From contig NC_092672.1 in NCBI RefSeq assembly GCF_964355755.1, positions 8,680,001-8,744,000 of the forward strand: a stretch of 64,000 nucleotides of DNA, read 5' to 3'. Source of the DNA: Antedon mediterranea (lineage: Eukaryota; Animalia; Echinodermata). The notes beneath the pieces are model-generated. The model was given only the letters and a program-made list of their open reading frames with translations, did no database searches and was not told where the DNA came from. The translations under genes were made by a program, and so were the position numbers. The first letter of the stretch is position 1. Each line of letters opens with the position of its first letter. Shown in pieces: positions 21,951-34,696 of the stretch.

Positions 21951-24900
21951 GTAGAGTACGAAGTACTGGGTTTTTACGCTAGGCCTAGCTACACATCGAG
22001 TGACGAAGGCTCCGCTTCATTCTCTAACCAGGAAGATGACATGCTCTCTGTCTGACAGGGCCAGTCTTAATGGCCTACGCCTTTAGTCAAATTATATCAT
22101 AATAATAAATACTGTAATAGGAGGACTGACTTTGCAAGAAAATTATTTCCGAAAGAGACTCATAGTCATACTATACTTACTAACTACTACCTAGTTTGTC
22201 ATCTTGCAAAATATAGTATTAAAGACCCCTTCCCTGCAATTTTGGACGTTTTTTGGAAAATAATACATATATATCACTTTAAAAACATTAAACCATGTCA
22301 TTCCTTGTCTTAAATGTACGTTTTATGGTAAATTATGATAAAAAGTGAGAAACAATGCACTACCTAAGTAGCTCGCGGCGATCGACCTCTCGTGGACGGT
22401 CTTAGGCCTAGCCTGGCTAGGCTTAGTTTTGTAGGCCTAGCTGGTAAACATCGGTAACGTGCGAACATCGTACGCTAGCTATATACCTAGCCTGACGTTG
22501 TATAGTTGCTGCATTTAAAATTGTCTTTCTATTTTTGCCAGACTCCGTTGATACAAATTGGGGAAAACCCGGTATTTTCGCTGAAAAGTTAGGAGTCTTC
22601 CATTTGTTTTGGCCTCACGATCGATCGAAAAGTGGGCGAATTACTGGTGAAAAACAAAAATATCAATCCGCGCGCAATGCATTTTGGGATTTATAGCGGG
22701 CCGCTATAATTATTAAAATCGACTTATTTTTCACATTTTTAACCGTTTAAAGACGAAAAAAGTTATCGCAATAGGACCATATAGTATTATTTTTACATTA
22801 AATATAGTTTGTGATCTTAAATTAGATCTAAAAAACGTAGGGAATGGGGCTTTAATTATACTCTGTAGTGGAGAAGTGTGGAGGCTATGAGTATAATTTT
22901 TATACTACAGGCAAAGTAGTTAGTGTATTATAGGGCCTGAAATAGGGCCTATTGTTATTTTGGCCTATTTTAATTTAGTAATCTTTTTTTTTTAAATTTA
23001 GTTCTTGAACAAGGTCTAAAAGCAAACTTTGCTGAGGCAAGTGTAAACTATGTAGAGTGTCCTGATCTTACCCAGTTACCCTTCACATTAGCATCACCAG
23101 GTAGAGTACATTAGCTGCTTAGTTCTTAGTAGCTAAGAGTGTGAGTAAGGATGTGTTTTTTAATAGTGATGACAGAATGACTCCCACCATGTTTTATTAT
23201 TATCTATTTATACTGGGCGACCTCTTCAGTTGAAGACTGGTCTCCCAGAGGGCCCAGTCATGATCAGTGGCTGTGATGTACACTAGTCTCGAAAGATATA
23301 CTAGGTTCTTTAAAGTGCACATGAGCTAGAAGACTAAGTGAAATGATTATTGTGGATCTATAGTTTGATGGTTATCATGCTTGCCTTCCAATCCTGGTTC
23401 CATCCTGATCTAGTGTCCTAGAGTTGGGTTGTTGTAACTCACGTCTCTTCCTACTCAACTCCTATTCTACAGTAAGCCTCAAATGAGAATTGGTTTCAAG
23501 CATGTTGAATAACAGTTTTTTTTTCTCCAATTTTTGGTTATACTGTTTGATAAATACATGTACCCTATGTGAACGTCACTTATATAGTGAGTGAGACATC
23601 GTGGGTGTTCAGGATGGATAGACGCATGTTTTTAGACCCAATAAAGTGTTGTAAATGAAATGAAATGAAAAATGTATAGTTGGATTTCAAGACTCTGTGT
23701 GATTGATTATTACCAACCATCATCGATCATAGGAATACATACATAGTAAAAGTGACTGGATATTACATAGCATTGTCTACTATTGCTACACTAGAGAAAA
23801 TGTGTTTGGCCTACCCGCCTTAGAGTAGACCCATGAATAATGACATTGACTACATTTACAGGTCTTTGTGGTCAACCAAGATTAGCTGAAGTAGGCGGTG
23901 TGCCAAATCTAATGCCTGTTTTTAAAAAAGAAACAAATTACGACATTGAGAAAGTTGCAGAACAAGCAGACTTACCAGGAGCTTTCGTGCTGGGAGCAGG
24001 GGCTGGCTGCCACCATTTTGTTGGTGTCAATTCTGAGGTAGTGAACAAATAATGACAAAAACAGAAATTACAATTATAACATAAATTCTTTAAAATTACA
24101 GTACAGTAGAAACCGAATCCAACAAAATGTACTCTAAATAAGAATTCACCATAGAGTGTTGCTTCTTGTTTTGTTTCACAAAAAAAAGGTTTCTTAATAG
24201 AGGTGTCCTTGAAAAGCAGGGGCCAAAAGGATGTTCTACTTTATTATTATTTGACATGTTTAAGGTACCTCTGTTTTAATGTGCCAAAACTTTGTTCCAA
24301 ACCAATACAACAAGCATCTAGAAAAGCATACTAGGTTCTTAGGGCCTTCTGTCGTTGAAAAGAGACAGCATTAACTGTACAGACAAACTCTTTTATATTT
24401 TGTAAATTATAGCCACAGAAAAAAGAAAGTAAAAATAATACGGGGAAAATGTAACCCAAAGGTGATTATCAGATTTTTGATTATTTAAATTGAAATGATA
24501 CATCATCCATTGTACACTATAAATTTAGATGATGGCAAACATCAGAACAAAAGGAGGGGAAAACAAAGATCGACAAAACCTAACAAGAATTGCAAAGGTT
24601 AACAAACAAGATGGATCTTGTATACTAGAGGCATGTGATTCAACTCAATTTAGCCTCATGGCTAACTTGTTTCTATCTGAAGGAAAACCAGGCAAGGTAA
24701 TGGTATTATTTTTGTCATATTTTTAAAGTTCTCCTAAACTAATACAATCAATAAAAAATGACAAGTGTTGTTTACTGAGTAATTTACCCATAGGTCTACA
24801 TTAGTCAACAAAAATGATCATGACACCACCCTTTGCAAAAAAACAACCTATGTTTCTATATGTTTGTATATATTATATATGTACGCATAAAATATATATG

Positions 24901-27900
24901 AGCTGGATATACAGTATTATTGTACTGTTAGTTTAGCTTCTTAACCATGTGATACCGCCCATGAGTTAGCTTGGCCATTGTTGTTGTTATCACTGGAGAA
25001 CTAACTAAATAACTAATTTTCAAATACAAAGGAATCAGGGGAGAATACACAACTTTATTAATAAACAAAACTCTTACCAGCAAATTTTGAACTGTATATC
25101 ATCAAAAAGTACTAATCGTCTCTTTTATTTAGAAAAATATATTATCGAAATGTCAACTGCATATAGACTGATCAATGTATTAACACACACTATACCGTTG
25201 TATGCTAACTGTCGTACGTTAGCAGTATAGGGCCTTAACCATTTTTCCACTAGTCAAATTTGTTCGTGCGAATTGAAAGCATCATGTTATGTGCATGCAT
25301 CTTCAAGTTTCTGTCTGTCATACTGCCTTCTGCGACGAATTCTAGTTCCTTTGATTTTTCACTTCAGAAAATTGCAAAGGGCATAACACCATAAATGTGA
25401 ATTACAATTAAATACTACCTATCATAATTTTTAAAAGTTTACCAACAGACAATCTCCTGCCTCCCACCTTTTTCTTTATTCATTTTGAAAAGCTAGGGGT
25501 AAAGCAATTAACACAGTAAAAAGTTGTTACCAAATTCAAATGTTATAGCACAGCAATCTGTAGGTAGACTTTAGGTCAGATTCACTTTTTCTCAAAAAGT
25601 TTAAATAACTATCATAGCAAGCATATTATATAATATATTCATAACTTATGTATACAATCATTCAAGGTGGTTGAAATAAAAGCAAGTAAAAGGACAGGTG
25701 AAGAAAACTTTGTTACGTGTATGAGGAATGCACTCAATATGAAGTATGGTGACAAATGTGTCGGCCTGGGTGGAACTTTCCTCATTGAAAAAGGAAAAGC
25801 AAAGTTCCATGTTATGGTATGTACAGTATACAGTAAATATTTCAAGTACTCTCATAGTCCTGATAAAAGAATAGTGCCTTCTGAAGCTTGGCACTTTCTT
25901 TCTGGTTATTTTACTTTTCTGTTATAATTTTCTTTTCTGCGTTATTTGTATCTCCATTGTGATCCTGCCACAGATACCCACAGCATTTTAATTTTTTCAG
26001 TTAATTTCTGTTGGAATGATAAATAGAATATTTGGTCAACAATCAATAATAATGTTAATAACAGTGATGGAAAAAAAAGTTCTTGTCAGGAATTGAACCA
26101 GGGATGTCAACTGTGAATGGCTGGAGACATAAGCATTACACCACTTACATTCATAAAGGTGTAGTGCAAGCCTAATCACACGCAGCACTAAGACACAACA
26201 AATTTTTTTTTTTTATAAAATAATATATAAATAATTTTTGGAGAACAAATTATTATTGGTCCATCATAGAACCAATTCAAATTCAATTAAAGATGTATTG
26301 TCCCCTGAAAAATATTTTGTTTAAATTTTTTTGGTTGAATATGCCATTTAAATGTCCCATAACAATTATTAACTTTAACCAAATATTTGATCGAAATGCC
26401 AGTCAATGAACTTTGGGTTGAATTTAACCATTTATCATGTTATTTTATAAGTGAAAACATAATTTTTTTCCGTTTTTTTTTCCTACGGAAGTGATTAACT
26501 TCATTAAAACTACAAAATAACCTATTCAAAGTCTGATTTAATTAAGCTTCATTTTTCATGTTTTTGGGGGACAATACATCTTTAAATATAAATAAAATAC
26601 TAAAGTTGGTTCAACAATCTATTGAAATCTCAACCATTTGTCATTAAATTTTGTATTTAAACTATATTTAATATCTTTTAATATTTATATTATTTATGAA
26701 AAATTAAGATTGCCAAGCATGAATACTTTTACATAAATTGTTTTTCATTCAGGTTTAAGATTGAAACTTGATAAATATATGAATTGATAACAATTATATA
26801 ATTTCACATTCATGTCCTAATTTCTGTTCTAATTAACTACAAACTTCTGACAGCCTCTGTAAACCCTAGAGTCTAAAAGATAAATATTAAACAGTAAACC
26901 ATGCTTCGGGAATGATATTATTTTCATAATCAATTTTTGTTAGTCCCTATATCTCAATATATTTCAAAGTTGACCTCGGTCATCTTATTTAACAGTCTTA
27001 AATTTCAAGTCTAACAAAATAACAATATAAGTAATATTCCATACAGTGTCTATCACACTATCAAACAATTTTGATAAAAAAGTGAGATGTACCCAAATAT
27101 GGTAGTATTATGCCCAAATATAGTAGTATACCATGCTTCGGGAATGATATTATTTTCATAATCAATTTTTTTTAGTACCTATATCTCAATATATTTCAAA
27201 GTTGACCTCGGTCATCTTATTTAACAGTCTTAAATTTCAAGTCTAACAAAATAACAATATAAGTAATATTCCATACAGTGTCTACATTATCAAACTATTT
27301 TGATAAAAAAGTGAGATGTACCCAAATATGGTAGTATTATGCCCAAATATAGTAGTATACCATGTTCCGGGAATGATATTATATTCATATTCAATTTTTC
27401 TAGTACCTATATCTCAATATATTTCAATGTTGACCTTGGTCATCTTATTTCACAGTCTTAAATTTCAAGTCTAATAAAATTAAAGTATAATAAGTAATAT
27501 TCCATACAGTGTCTACATTATCAAACTATTTAGACAAAAAGGTGAGATGTACCCAAATATGGTAGTGGTATGACATCATCTATATATGGGCACATCACTT
27601 TTTTTGTCGAATAAAGTTTTATAGTATAGACAAGGCTTTACCAGTATTATTAAACAAAATACAAAAACTATTATTTGATATGACATGGCTGTCACTGACC
27701 CTTTTAAGAACCCTATTATTTTATATTTTTTACAGCCGGATTTCTCCACGACACCATTGGACACCCTTGACCAAATTAACAACTGGTTGAAGTTCTATGA
27801 AATGTCTTCTCCACTCGTTGTTTTCAGTTGCTTTCTTTCATCTGATCCTGTGAGTAAAACTTAATTTCAATCAGAGAAATAACTAAACAAATTCCAAAAT

Positions 27901-30900
27901 ATACATAGTACATACAAAATAAATGTTTCGCAAGAATTTTGCAAAGTATCAAGTATAGAGTACAACACAAGACACTTCTTAAACCCCATTTATACTAGGA
28001 CGATAACAATCAATTATCTAGATAATAAATATGCATTTTTCCTACATAAAACAAAGAAATTAGAAAAGTAAGTCTAAAGGCTGCTATACACTAGGACAAT
28101 AATGATCAACAATAACTAGATAAATATCCATTTTCTTACATAAAACAAAGAAATTAGAAAGTAAGTCTACAGGATGCTAGGACGATAATGATCAACGATA
28201 CCTAAATAAATATGCATTTTCCTACATAAAACAAAGAAATTAGAAAAGCAAATCTAAAGGCTGCTAGGACGATAACGATCAACGATAACTAAACAAATAT
28301 GCATTTTTCCTACATAAAACAAAAGAAATTTGAAAATTACTATAATAAACTACAGTATAGGAAAACCACTTACGCTGGCTTTGATGAAAATAATATTTTC
28401 ACACGTCCAATCAAATGACGTCATGACTGGTAAGACCCAATAATATCGTGATGATGCGATTGTATTGTTTTTATCGTCATGACGTTATTTGATTGGATTT
28501 TTAAAAATATTATTTTTATCCTCCACTTTTTTTTTAAAATATTTAATAGTGACTATAAACTATGAGTAAATATTTTGTGGTAAACAAACCGCAAATAATA
28601 CGGTAATTACCAAACTGCAATAAAAGTCACAAATCTTCAAAAAGTTGTCAGAAATGTCTACAGGACCTAAGCTAAGCTGAGAGAAAGTTATAGATACTTT
28701 ATATGTACAGTAGTAGTATTTTTATATAATATTTAATTTTGTTATGTTGTCTTTATTATATCATGATAATGTTTTGTTGAGGACCCCTTCTGAAACAAGC
28801 ATTTCATCTTAAAGTGTTATCCTCTGGTATGTCAAATTTTATGTATGATATATTTTGGTCAAGGAATAAATATTACAAACAAACAGAGGTTAAAGTTTAA
28901 CAGAAACCTAGCCAAATATGCTAGTGTATCATAGTGTACTAAGGCGCTTTCGACAGATCACAAAAATCTTAACCTGCGTTATGTCGCATAAGCTTCACCC
29001 ACTTTGTTAACAAATTGATTTGCCCACTGTTACACTTGGAAATTGAATAAAATAAAATAATAAATTATAACGCAGACTAGATTTGAACTCGTCACCGTGA
29101 CGCAAACGCAACATGCACAGAATTTATGACTAACATTACAATTTCATAAAATTCATATAACAAAGTTTTAAGGTCAATCGTCTGACAAAGTTATATGATG
29201 TTATGTTGACAAGAATTAGAGATACATGTGCAACAAAATCCGTAGAAAGAAAGAAGAATAAGATCCTGACAATAACAACGAAATTTCATAAAATTCGTAT
29301 CACAAAGTTTCCTGCACATCTACAGTGTTCAATCGTCTGAAAAAGTTATATGATGTTACGTTGACAAGAATTAGAGATACATGTGCAACAAAATCCGTAG
29401 AAAGAAAGAAGAATAAGATCCCGAAAAAAACAAGGGGTTATCGTGTAGTGCAGATAACCAAAAAGCAACCTTTCCAACATGTCAGTACTTTCTGTATTGT
29501 TAACAGTAAACATTATTAATTCGCCTTTAACAAGGCTGGATTATATTATTAGTTAAAATTACATTGAAACTAGATCAGTGGATGTTATATGAAGTAGACC
29601 ATGTCAACACGTCATTGCAACAATTTAATCTCGTTTTCATGATCTGAGCTAACAATATTTATATCCTCAGAATTCATTAAAAGATCTTTTGATATTTAAG
29701 TTATTACTTTAATTTCAAATACACAAAAAATGAAGAGGTTGCAATTAGGTATTCTCTCTCGGGATCTTTCCAGAACTTCCACATTCCAGAGTCTTTTCTT
29801 AGTTTCTTTACTACTTAGTTTGAGATAAACCTAAAACTTATTACTGATTCTTCCAGAGAACAATATTTTCCATTGAGAATCTGTTCCTTCATCAGAACAC
29901 ACCATCCATCTTTAGGGTGTCAATATACCTGTATGGTCTCTGTTTTGCTTTCCCATGTTTTGGTTGCCAAATTAGAGATTGTTTCCAGATTGTTGAGCTG
30001 GCAGTGTCCTGTAACTGTTTCCGTAATTTCTTCTTCTACAAACATAAACAAGGAATTAATCTTTATTTATTATGTTTAACTGTTTTTATCCACAAACTAG
30101 TAACAATAATATTATCATATTATTCCGAAGACCAAAACACGTTACAAGGATTGATCTTCTGGTGAAAATTACTTTTTCTGGAAAAGTTGCATTATATAAG
30201 AGTTAAGCATTGTCACGGATGGTGAATTATGTGTTGTTTGTAATAAATTTTTGGTGAACATAAGGAACATCAAGTTTGTTATCATTGTATTCTGACCTAA
30301 ACTTTTTCAACTTGTTAAACTGGTGACCTTCAAAAGCGGGCTTTGTGTGTACGATGATATTAATAATGACATGACAAGACAATCGGGAATAGATTTCACA
30401 TTAAAATAAAAGTTCAATATTAATCTTGTATTAGTTCAATCCTATTTAAAGAAAAAAAAACAACTTAAACTTTTGAACTTTTGGCGAAAAATACAATTGA
30501 TTATTTTGCTGTATTCGACTTTGAAAATGCAATGTTATTCAATGAAAATTGATTCTTCTTTGTTGTAATATATCTGCCATTAACTAATCGATTACTTTTA
30601 GTCTTGTTAAATTACATGTGTTAAAATCAATTAAGTTTAAAAGTTAGAAAAAAAATTTAGATGCTATAAATATGACAGGTCTTACAAAGACACATTTACG
30701 AGTATAGTTAATAAACATTAAGCTCAACATGCCATCAACCATTAACCAACAAATTCTTTGACATCATAGCGAGGCATTTTTTTTATTTGTTGTTATTTAA
30801 ATATGTTTAAAGATTGGAACAGTTCCATGGTAATACCAACTGAAAAAAACAAACTTTTTTTAGCATTACAAATATAGGCGATTCACGGTACTGTATCTAC

Positions 30901-33115
30901 ATTTTCAAGTATCATCCATAGACAAATTCTGTGATACTGGATCATATGTGTTTCAAATGTGATGCATCACAGACCCTAACCCATAAACTAATTTTTCATG
31001 ATACATGTACAACATGTGATACACATGAGATGCTGTGTTATGGAATTTGCCTGTGATACTTTACAAATATCATCGTAGATAGATACAGCACTGAGAATCA
31101 GGTGACCAATATAGCGAATATTGACAAAAAAAAAGTGAATGAAAAGTAAAGTGCATATTTATTAAAAGTAAATTAAGTTTTTAGAGTTCAGAACGTTTAA
31201 TCGCGTGTTCATCTCAAGCTGTTAATAAATACAACAGTGATACAGAATGGATACAATATGAAAACCCATTGCTTAAAATAATAGCACATTCTAGAATGAC
31301 TACATTGATTTATTCTGTATTATTCAGTATTAATAGTGTTTTAATTGAGTACTAAAAAATGTATTAAACGCAGGATGCCCTTATTATGAAAAACATCATT
31401 GCCAAATAAAATACATTGTAACAGCAAACTAATTAAAAATCAATAAAGGTAAAAAGTACATGCAACATGCTTTTTAAGCAATAAATACATTTTTTTTAAT
31501 AAGCTATTGAGGAGTTTAAAAATGTAAAGATAATTGCCTAGCTGTCGTCATTTACAATGACAGGGTTGACAGTATAATTTAATATTTAAGATTAATAATA
31601 ATATAAAACTAATTTAAGTTGCTTTCTGCGAAAACTATCATTTATTGAACACAATACAAAAGGCACTGCAACATTCTTTCTGTAATTTTTTTTTACGATC
31701 ATTCGGGAAACCACCTCACAACTTTACCTATAAATCTGAATGTACTGTAATTACGCTAGTAGTAGTAGTTTTTTTTATCCCAGGATTTAATTGTAATGCA
31801 CTTAAGATCAAGCAATTCATAAATCTATTGATAAAAATGTTTGTACTAATGCTGTTAATTGTTATAGTTTTTAAGTTACTTAACTTTTGGGGGAATTCCT
31901 AAAGTAATAGTAATGCCTATAAGCTCTGTCTACACTATCAAACTATTTTGACATGAAACGTGTGATGTGCCCAAATATGGTAGTTATATGACATCATCAT
32001 GTCCATATAAGTATATGTGCACATCACATTTTGTTGTCACATAACGTATTAGAACTGTGGACTCAGGCCTGCCAATGAACACCCACAGACTTGGGATTCC
32101 ACTTTACTTATGTACCAGAAATGATGACTAGTTTCACCTGCAAGATGAGATGACTAAGGTCCTGTTTCTGCTGCAAAAAAATAATGGGTTAATAACCGTG
32201 TGAAAAAATTAAACCCAACTTCATGGGAGCCGATACAGGTTAAATGGCAGCCTGAAAATACTATTAGTTAGAATACCATTTAACCGGTTATTGCTGTGGA
32301 ACTTTTAGTTGCAACACAAAATAACGGTTGTATTTAATGGACAGCCAATAACCTTGTGTCAACTACACTGCAGTAACATTTGAATTGACTGCCAGTGCTC
32401 AATGCATTTTGGATACTGCTAACGATTTCCGTAGACAACCACCCACGTTATGAGCAGAAATGCAGTTAATATAAAAAATATATTTTTAATCTATTTTGGA
32501 ATAAACGCTTTATTCGGCGCTATGCAGCAAAAACATACCCCAAGTAAATGCCCAATAATGCCAGTGTCCATGACAGACCTGATTTTTTTTTTCTCAGACT
32601 TTTTGATGTATTTTTTTTGTTCAATAAGGTGCTTTAAATCAGAGTTAGCTTCTGTTTTATTTCAACAACAAAATTCACTATTTATTTTATTTAATAAGCA
32701 TAGTTATTAGCACAAATCTCCCTTGATTATTCTAGTAAATTAATCAGCAGTTAAAAACGGCTTTCCAAGAAAGAATTGCATCTGGTCATCACATTTATCC
32801 TATGTTATTTAGAAAACGTATTAAAAATAGCTTGTATTAAAGACTGAGGTTGAAATAAAATTTGTATAAAAATGGTTAAAAAAAATGTATTATTATTTAA
32901 GCCTCATGAATAAATACCAATTATTTTTATTTAATTTCTAGGGATTGGATTTACGTTTGGAACATGCCCATGGCTTTGGGCATCATGGAGAAGGTGGCCA
33001 TTACCACTATGATGTCACTCCAGATGAGGTTGTTTACAAAGCTTACTATCAGGTAGCTGAATATATCTACCGTGTTGATGCACCAAAGGAGACACACAAT
33101 TTAGGGAGAGATTGA
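21872..33115 (+). CDS. C11orf54: Ester hydrolase C11orf54/PTD012-family protein (DUF1907), 7 coding exons, 319 aa
   Basis: Exons 21872-21950, 23002-23100, 23862-24037, 24529-24696, 25667-25816, 27736-27849, 32942-33115 total 960 nt in frame. Motifs: CPDLT, EVGGVP, GAFVLGAGAG, ANLFLSEGKPGKV, GLGGTF, and the Zn-ligand segment LEHAHGFGHHGEGGHYHYD; C-terminus KETHNLGRD*. Confidence 0.96.
22223..22851. mobile_element. Kolobok-type MITE in C11orf54 intron 1
   Basis: TTAA on both sides; imperfect TIRs agaccccttccctgca / cgtagggaatggggct with AG...CT termini. Confidence 0.65.
23002..23100 (+). CDS. C11orf54: C11orf54 exon 2
   Basis: TTTAG / GTAGAG; (V)LEQGLKANFAEASVNYVECPDLTQLPFTLASP. Confidence 0.92.
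23355..23671 (+). mobile_element. tRNA-Gly-like SINE
   Basis: 'tggttatcatgcttgccttccaa...ggttccatcc' resembles tRNA-Gly(TCC); ends with AATAAA and (TGAAA)n. Confidence 0.55.
23862..24037 (+). CDS. C11orf54: C11orf54 exon 3
   Basis: TTTACAG / GTAGTG; (G)LCGQPRLAEVGGVPNL...GVNSE. Confidence 0.93.
24529..24696 (+). CDS. C11orf54: C11orf54 exon 4
   Basis: TTTAG / GTAATG; MMANIRT...ANLFLSEGKPGK. Confidence 0.92.
25238..25367 (+). mobile_element. Truncated, older copy of MITE family H3
   Basis: Matches the left about 130 bp of 18395-18773, with many CpG to TpG/CpA changes. Confidence 0.8.
25667..25816 (+). CDS. C11orf54: C11orf54 exon 5
   Basis: AAG acceptor / GTATGT; VVEIKASKRTGEENFVTCMR...GLGGTFLIEKGKAKFHVM. 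Confidence 0.92.
26075..26146 (-). pseudogene. Degenerate tRNA-like sequence (Asp/Glu-like) or SINE head
   Basis: A-box-like gtggtgtaatg and B-box ggttcaattcc, followed by a T8 run; stems are imperfect. Confidence 0.35.
26291..26581. mobile_element. Kolobok-type MITE (family K1); other copies or fragments at about 1185-1262, 5722-6019, 6770-7083, 8400-8650 and 42714-43122
   Basis: TTAA|agatgtattgtcccc ... ggggacaatacatct|TTAA. Confidence 0.8.
26899..27575 (+). repeat. Three tandem units of about 230 bp (starts 26899, 27131, 27360), each ending in the left half of an H2 MITE
   Basis: 'ccatgcttcgggaatgatatt...agtgtctac(a)ctatcaaac...cccaaatatggtagt' occurs three times. Confidence 0.92.
27736..27849 (+). 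CDS. C11orf54: C11orf54 exon 6
   Basis: TTTTACAG / GTGAGT; PDFSTTPLDTLDQINNWLKFYEMSSPLVVFSCFLSSDP. Confidence 0.94.
27990..28340 (+). repeat. Tandem repeat of about 85-95 bp, 4 units
   Basis: 'ctaggacgataa...tttcctacataaaacaaagaaattagaaaag' occurs four times. Confidence 0.9.
28900..29464 (-). mobile_element. Partial Helentron/DINE-1-like non-autonomous element with internal tandem duplication
   Basis: Terminal stem-loop ggttatc..gataacc next to an A-run, then an (aaag/aag) microsatellite; duplicated core of about 150 bp at 29141-29421. Confidence 0.5.
29860..30030 (-). mobile_element. Decayed RTE-type LINE ORF tail
   Basis: Minus-strand translation LIWQPKHGKAKQRPYRYIDTLKMD resembles the RTE C-terminal 'W.P.HG...GRP..YID.L..D' segment. 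Confidence 0.45.
32942..33115 (+). CDS. C11orf54: C11orf54 exon 7 (stop TGA 33113-33115)
   Basis: TTTCTAG acceptor; GLDLRLEHAHGFGHHGEGGHYHYDVTPD...KETHNLGRD*. Confidence 0.95.
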   Translation, partial: GLDLRLEHAHGFGHHGEGGHYHYDVTPDEVVYKAYYQVAEYIYRVDAPKETHNLGRD

Positions 33116-33127
33116 TTACTGCTGATG

Positions 33128-33365
33128 TTTAGGGGAGGGAAGATATAGAAGTGTGGGTGGGGGAGGGGGAGGGAGATATAGAGTAGAGGAGATATGCTGT
33201 AGAGTACAGGAGGGGAGATATAAAGTAGGGGAGGGGAGATATAGCAAGTGGGGGTAAAAGACATTGTGAAGAGGAGATATAGCAGAGGGGAGATGTAGAG
33301 TAGAGGAGGGTAGATATAGGGGGTGGGGGTGGAATGGGAAAGAGGAGATAAAGCAGGGGTATATA
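33128..33365 (+). repeat. G-rich degenerate repeat at the start of the C11orf54 3' UTR
   Basis: 'ggggagatatag'-type units and many G3-G5 runs. Confidence 0.85.
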
Positions 33366-33900
33366 GTACGTAAATTTCTACAAACTGTTTGTCATGACCA
33401 AAAAGTCTGTTCTGCAGACGTTTTAAATCATTCCATGCATGGCTTTCTTAGAAATATGTTTTGAAAAAACTCAGCTTATTTTTGTCATTTGATTGATGTT
33501 CAAGTTGAAATTTGATTTATTTGCGTTTACATTATTTACACACAAAGATTATGTATAGGTTAAAGATATAAAAAACAATATGAAAACAGCAAAAACAAAA
33601 TTAAAATCTAAAAATTACAATAAATAAGGTGAAAAAAAGAAATGAAAGGTAGTCCACAAAAGTCTTTAACTCTTATCAAATGAGTCTTCTTAAAAATAAA
33701 TAACCAGCAAAAATGACAGCATCACAAGTTAAAAATTAGTGAATGAAATTTAAGGGAAATTACATTACATGTGGTTGTATGAAAATGAGCTGAATAGATG
33801 AGAATAAGAGATTAATATTAGATATGAATTACTGTATATTTATTATTGGTGATTAAATATTTGTGATTTTTTTTTTTCATTCTATACAATGCATTATTAT

Positions 33901-33906
33901 AATAAA
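33901..33906 (+). terminator. Candidate polyadenylation signal of C11orf54
   Basis: AATAAA followed about 20 nt later by a T/GT-rich tract (ttcttgttctttgagttggttc); other AATAAA at about 33619 and 33696. Confidence 0.45.
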
Positions 33907-34696
33907 ACATTGATAACACAATCAATTCTTGTTCTTTGAGTTGGTTCTTCAGGTCTTAGGGTTTTTTTTACAAACAAAAATGTACTAATGCCGGCGAAAT
34001 TATGTAGGAAAAGGCTTAGCAATGACGTTTTGTATTGCCGTTAGTCTTTTCGGATCATTTGAATTGTTTTGTTCCATAAATGCAAAGGTTGGAAGGAAAT
34101 GTTGCTCTACAAGTAACTGTATGCATCACTAGGAATATACAAGGATTTGCAAAAATAAATGTTTATTTAACCAGCTGTTTTCGATGAAATGACTTAAACG
34201 TTGCTTTTATTCAAACTTGTTTGGCAAAAAAAGAGTGACGTACCCAACTAATGGTGGTGGTATGACATCACCATGTCCATATATGGGCACATCACATTTT
34301 TTTGTCGCATAAACTTTTGATAGTGTAGGCAGAGCTTTAAGCCTGTTCATGTTCATTCAATTGTACATAATTAAATCTTCATAAATAAGACTTTGTTAAA
34401 TAGAATAATGAAATTTAACTGTAAACACTGTCAGCCATCGTTACTATTTGCTTATAATAATATTATTCAGATTCCATTGTGTTTGGCTAACATTTCTCGA
34501 CGATTTGTCCTAGAATTGCGTGAACCTATAAACATAATTCACCTTAACAGTCTATTTTCTTGTGATGACCAATCACATACAGGAATAATAATCACTTTAG
34601 AAATCTAAAGGAAATATTGATAATACATTGACTAATTATTTATAATATAAGCAGTCTTTTTTCTTTAAATTCAACACAATCTTATTCATAACACAT

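Noticed and set aside
26075-26146. Functional tRNA gene (including a possible TCA anticodon)
   Set aside because: Acceptor and anticodon stems do not pair properly and there is no long variable arm; best treated as a pseudogene or SINE head. tRNAscan-SE would settle it.
33067-33264. Pro/Tyr-rich repeat protein on the minus strand
   Set aside because: It is the antisense of the G-rich 3' UTR repeat and of C11orf54 exon 7, with no independent support.
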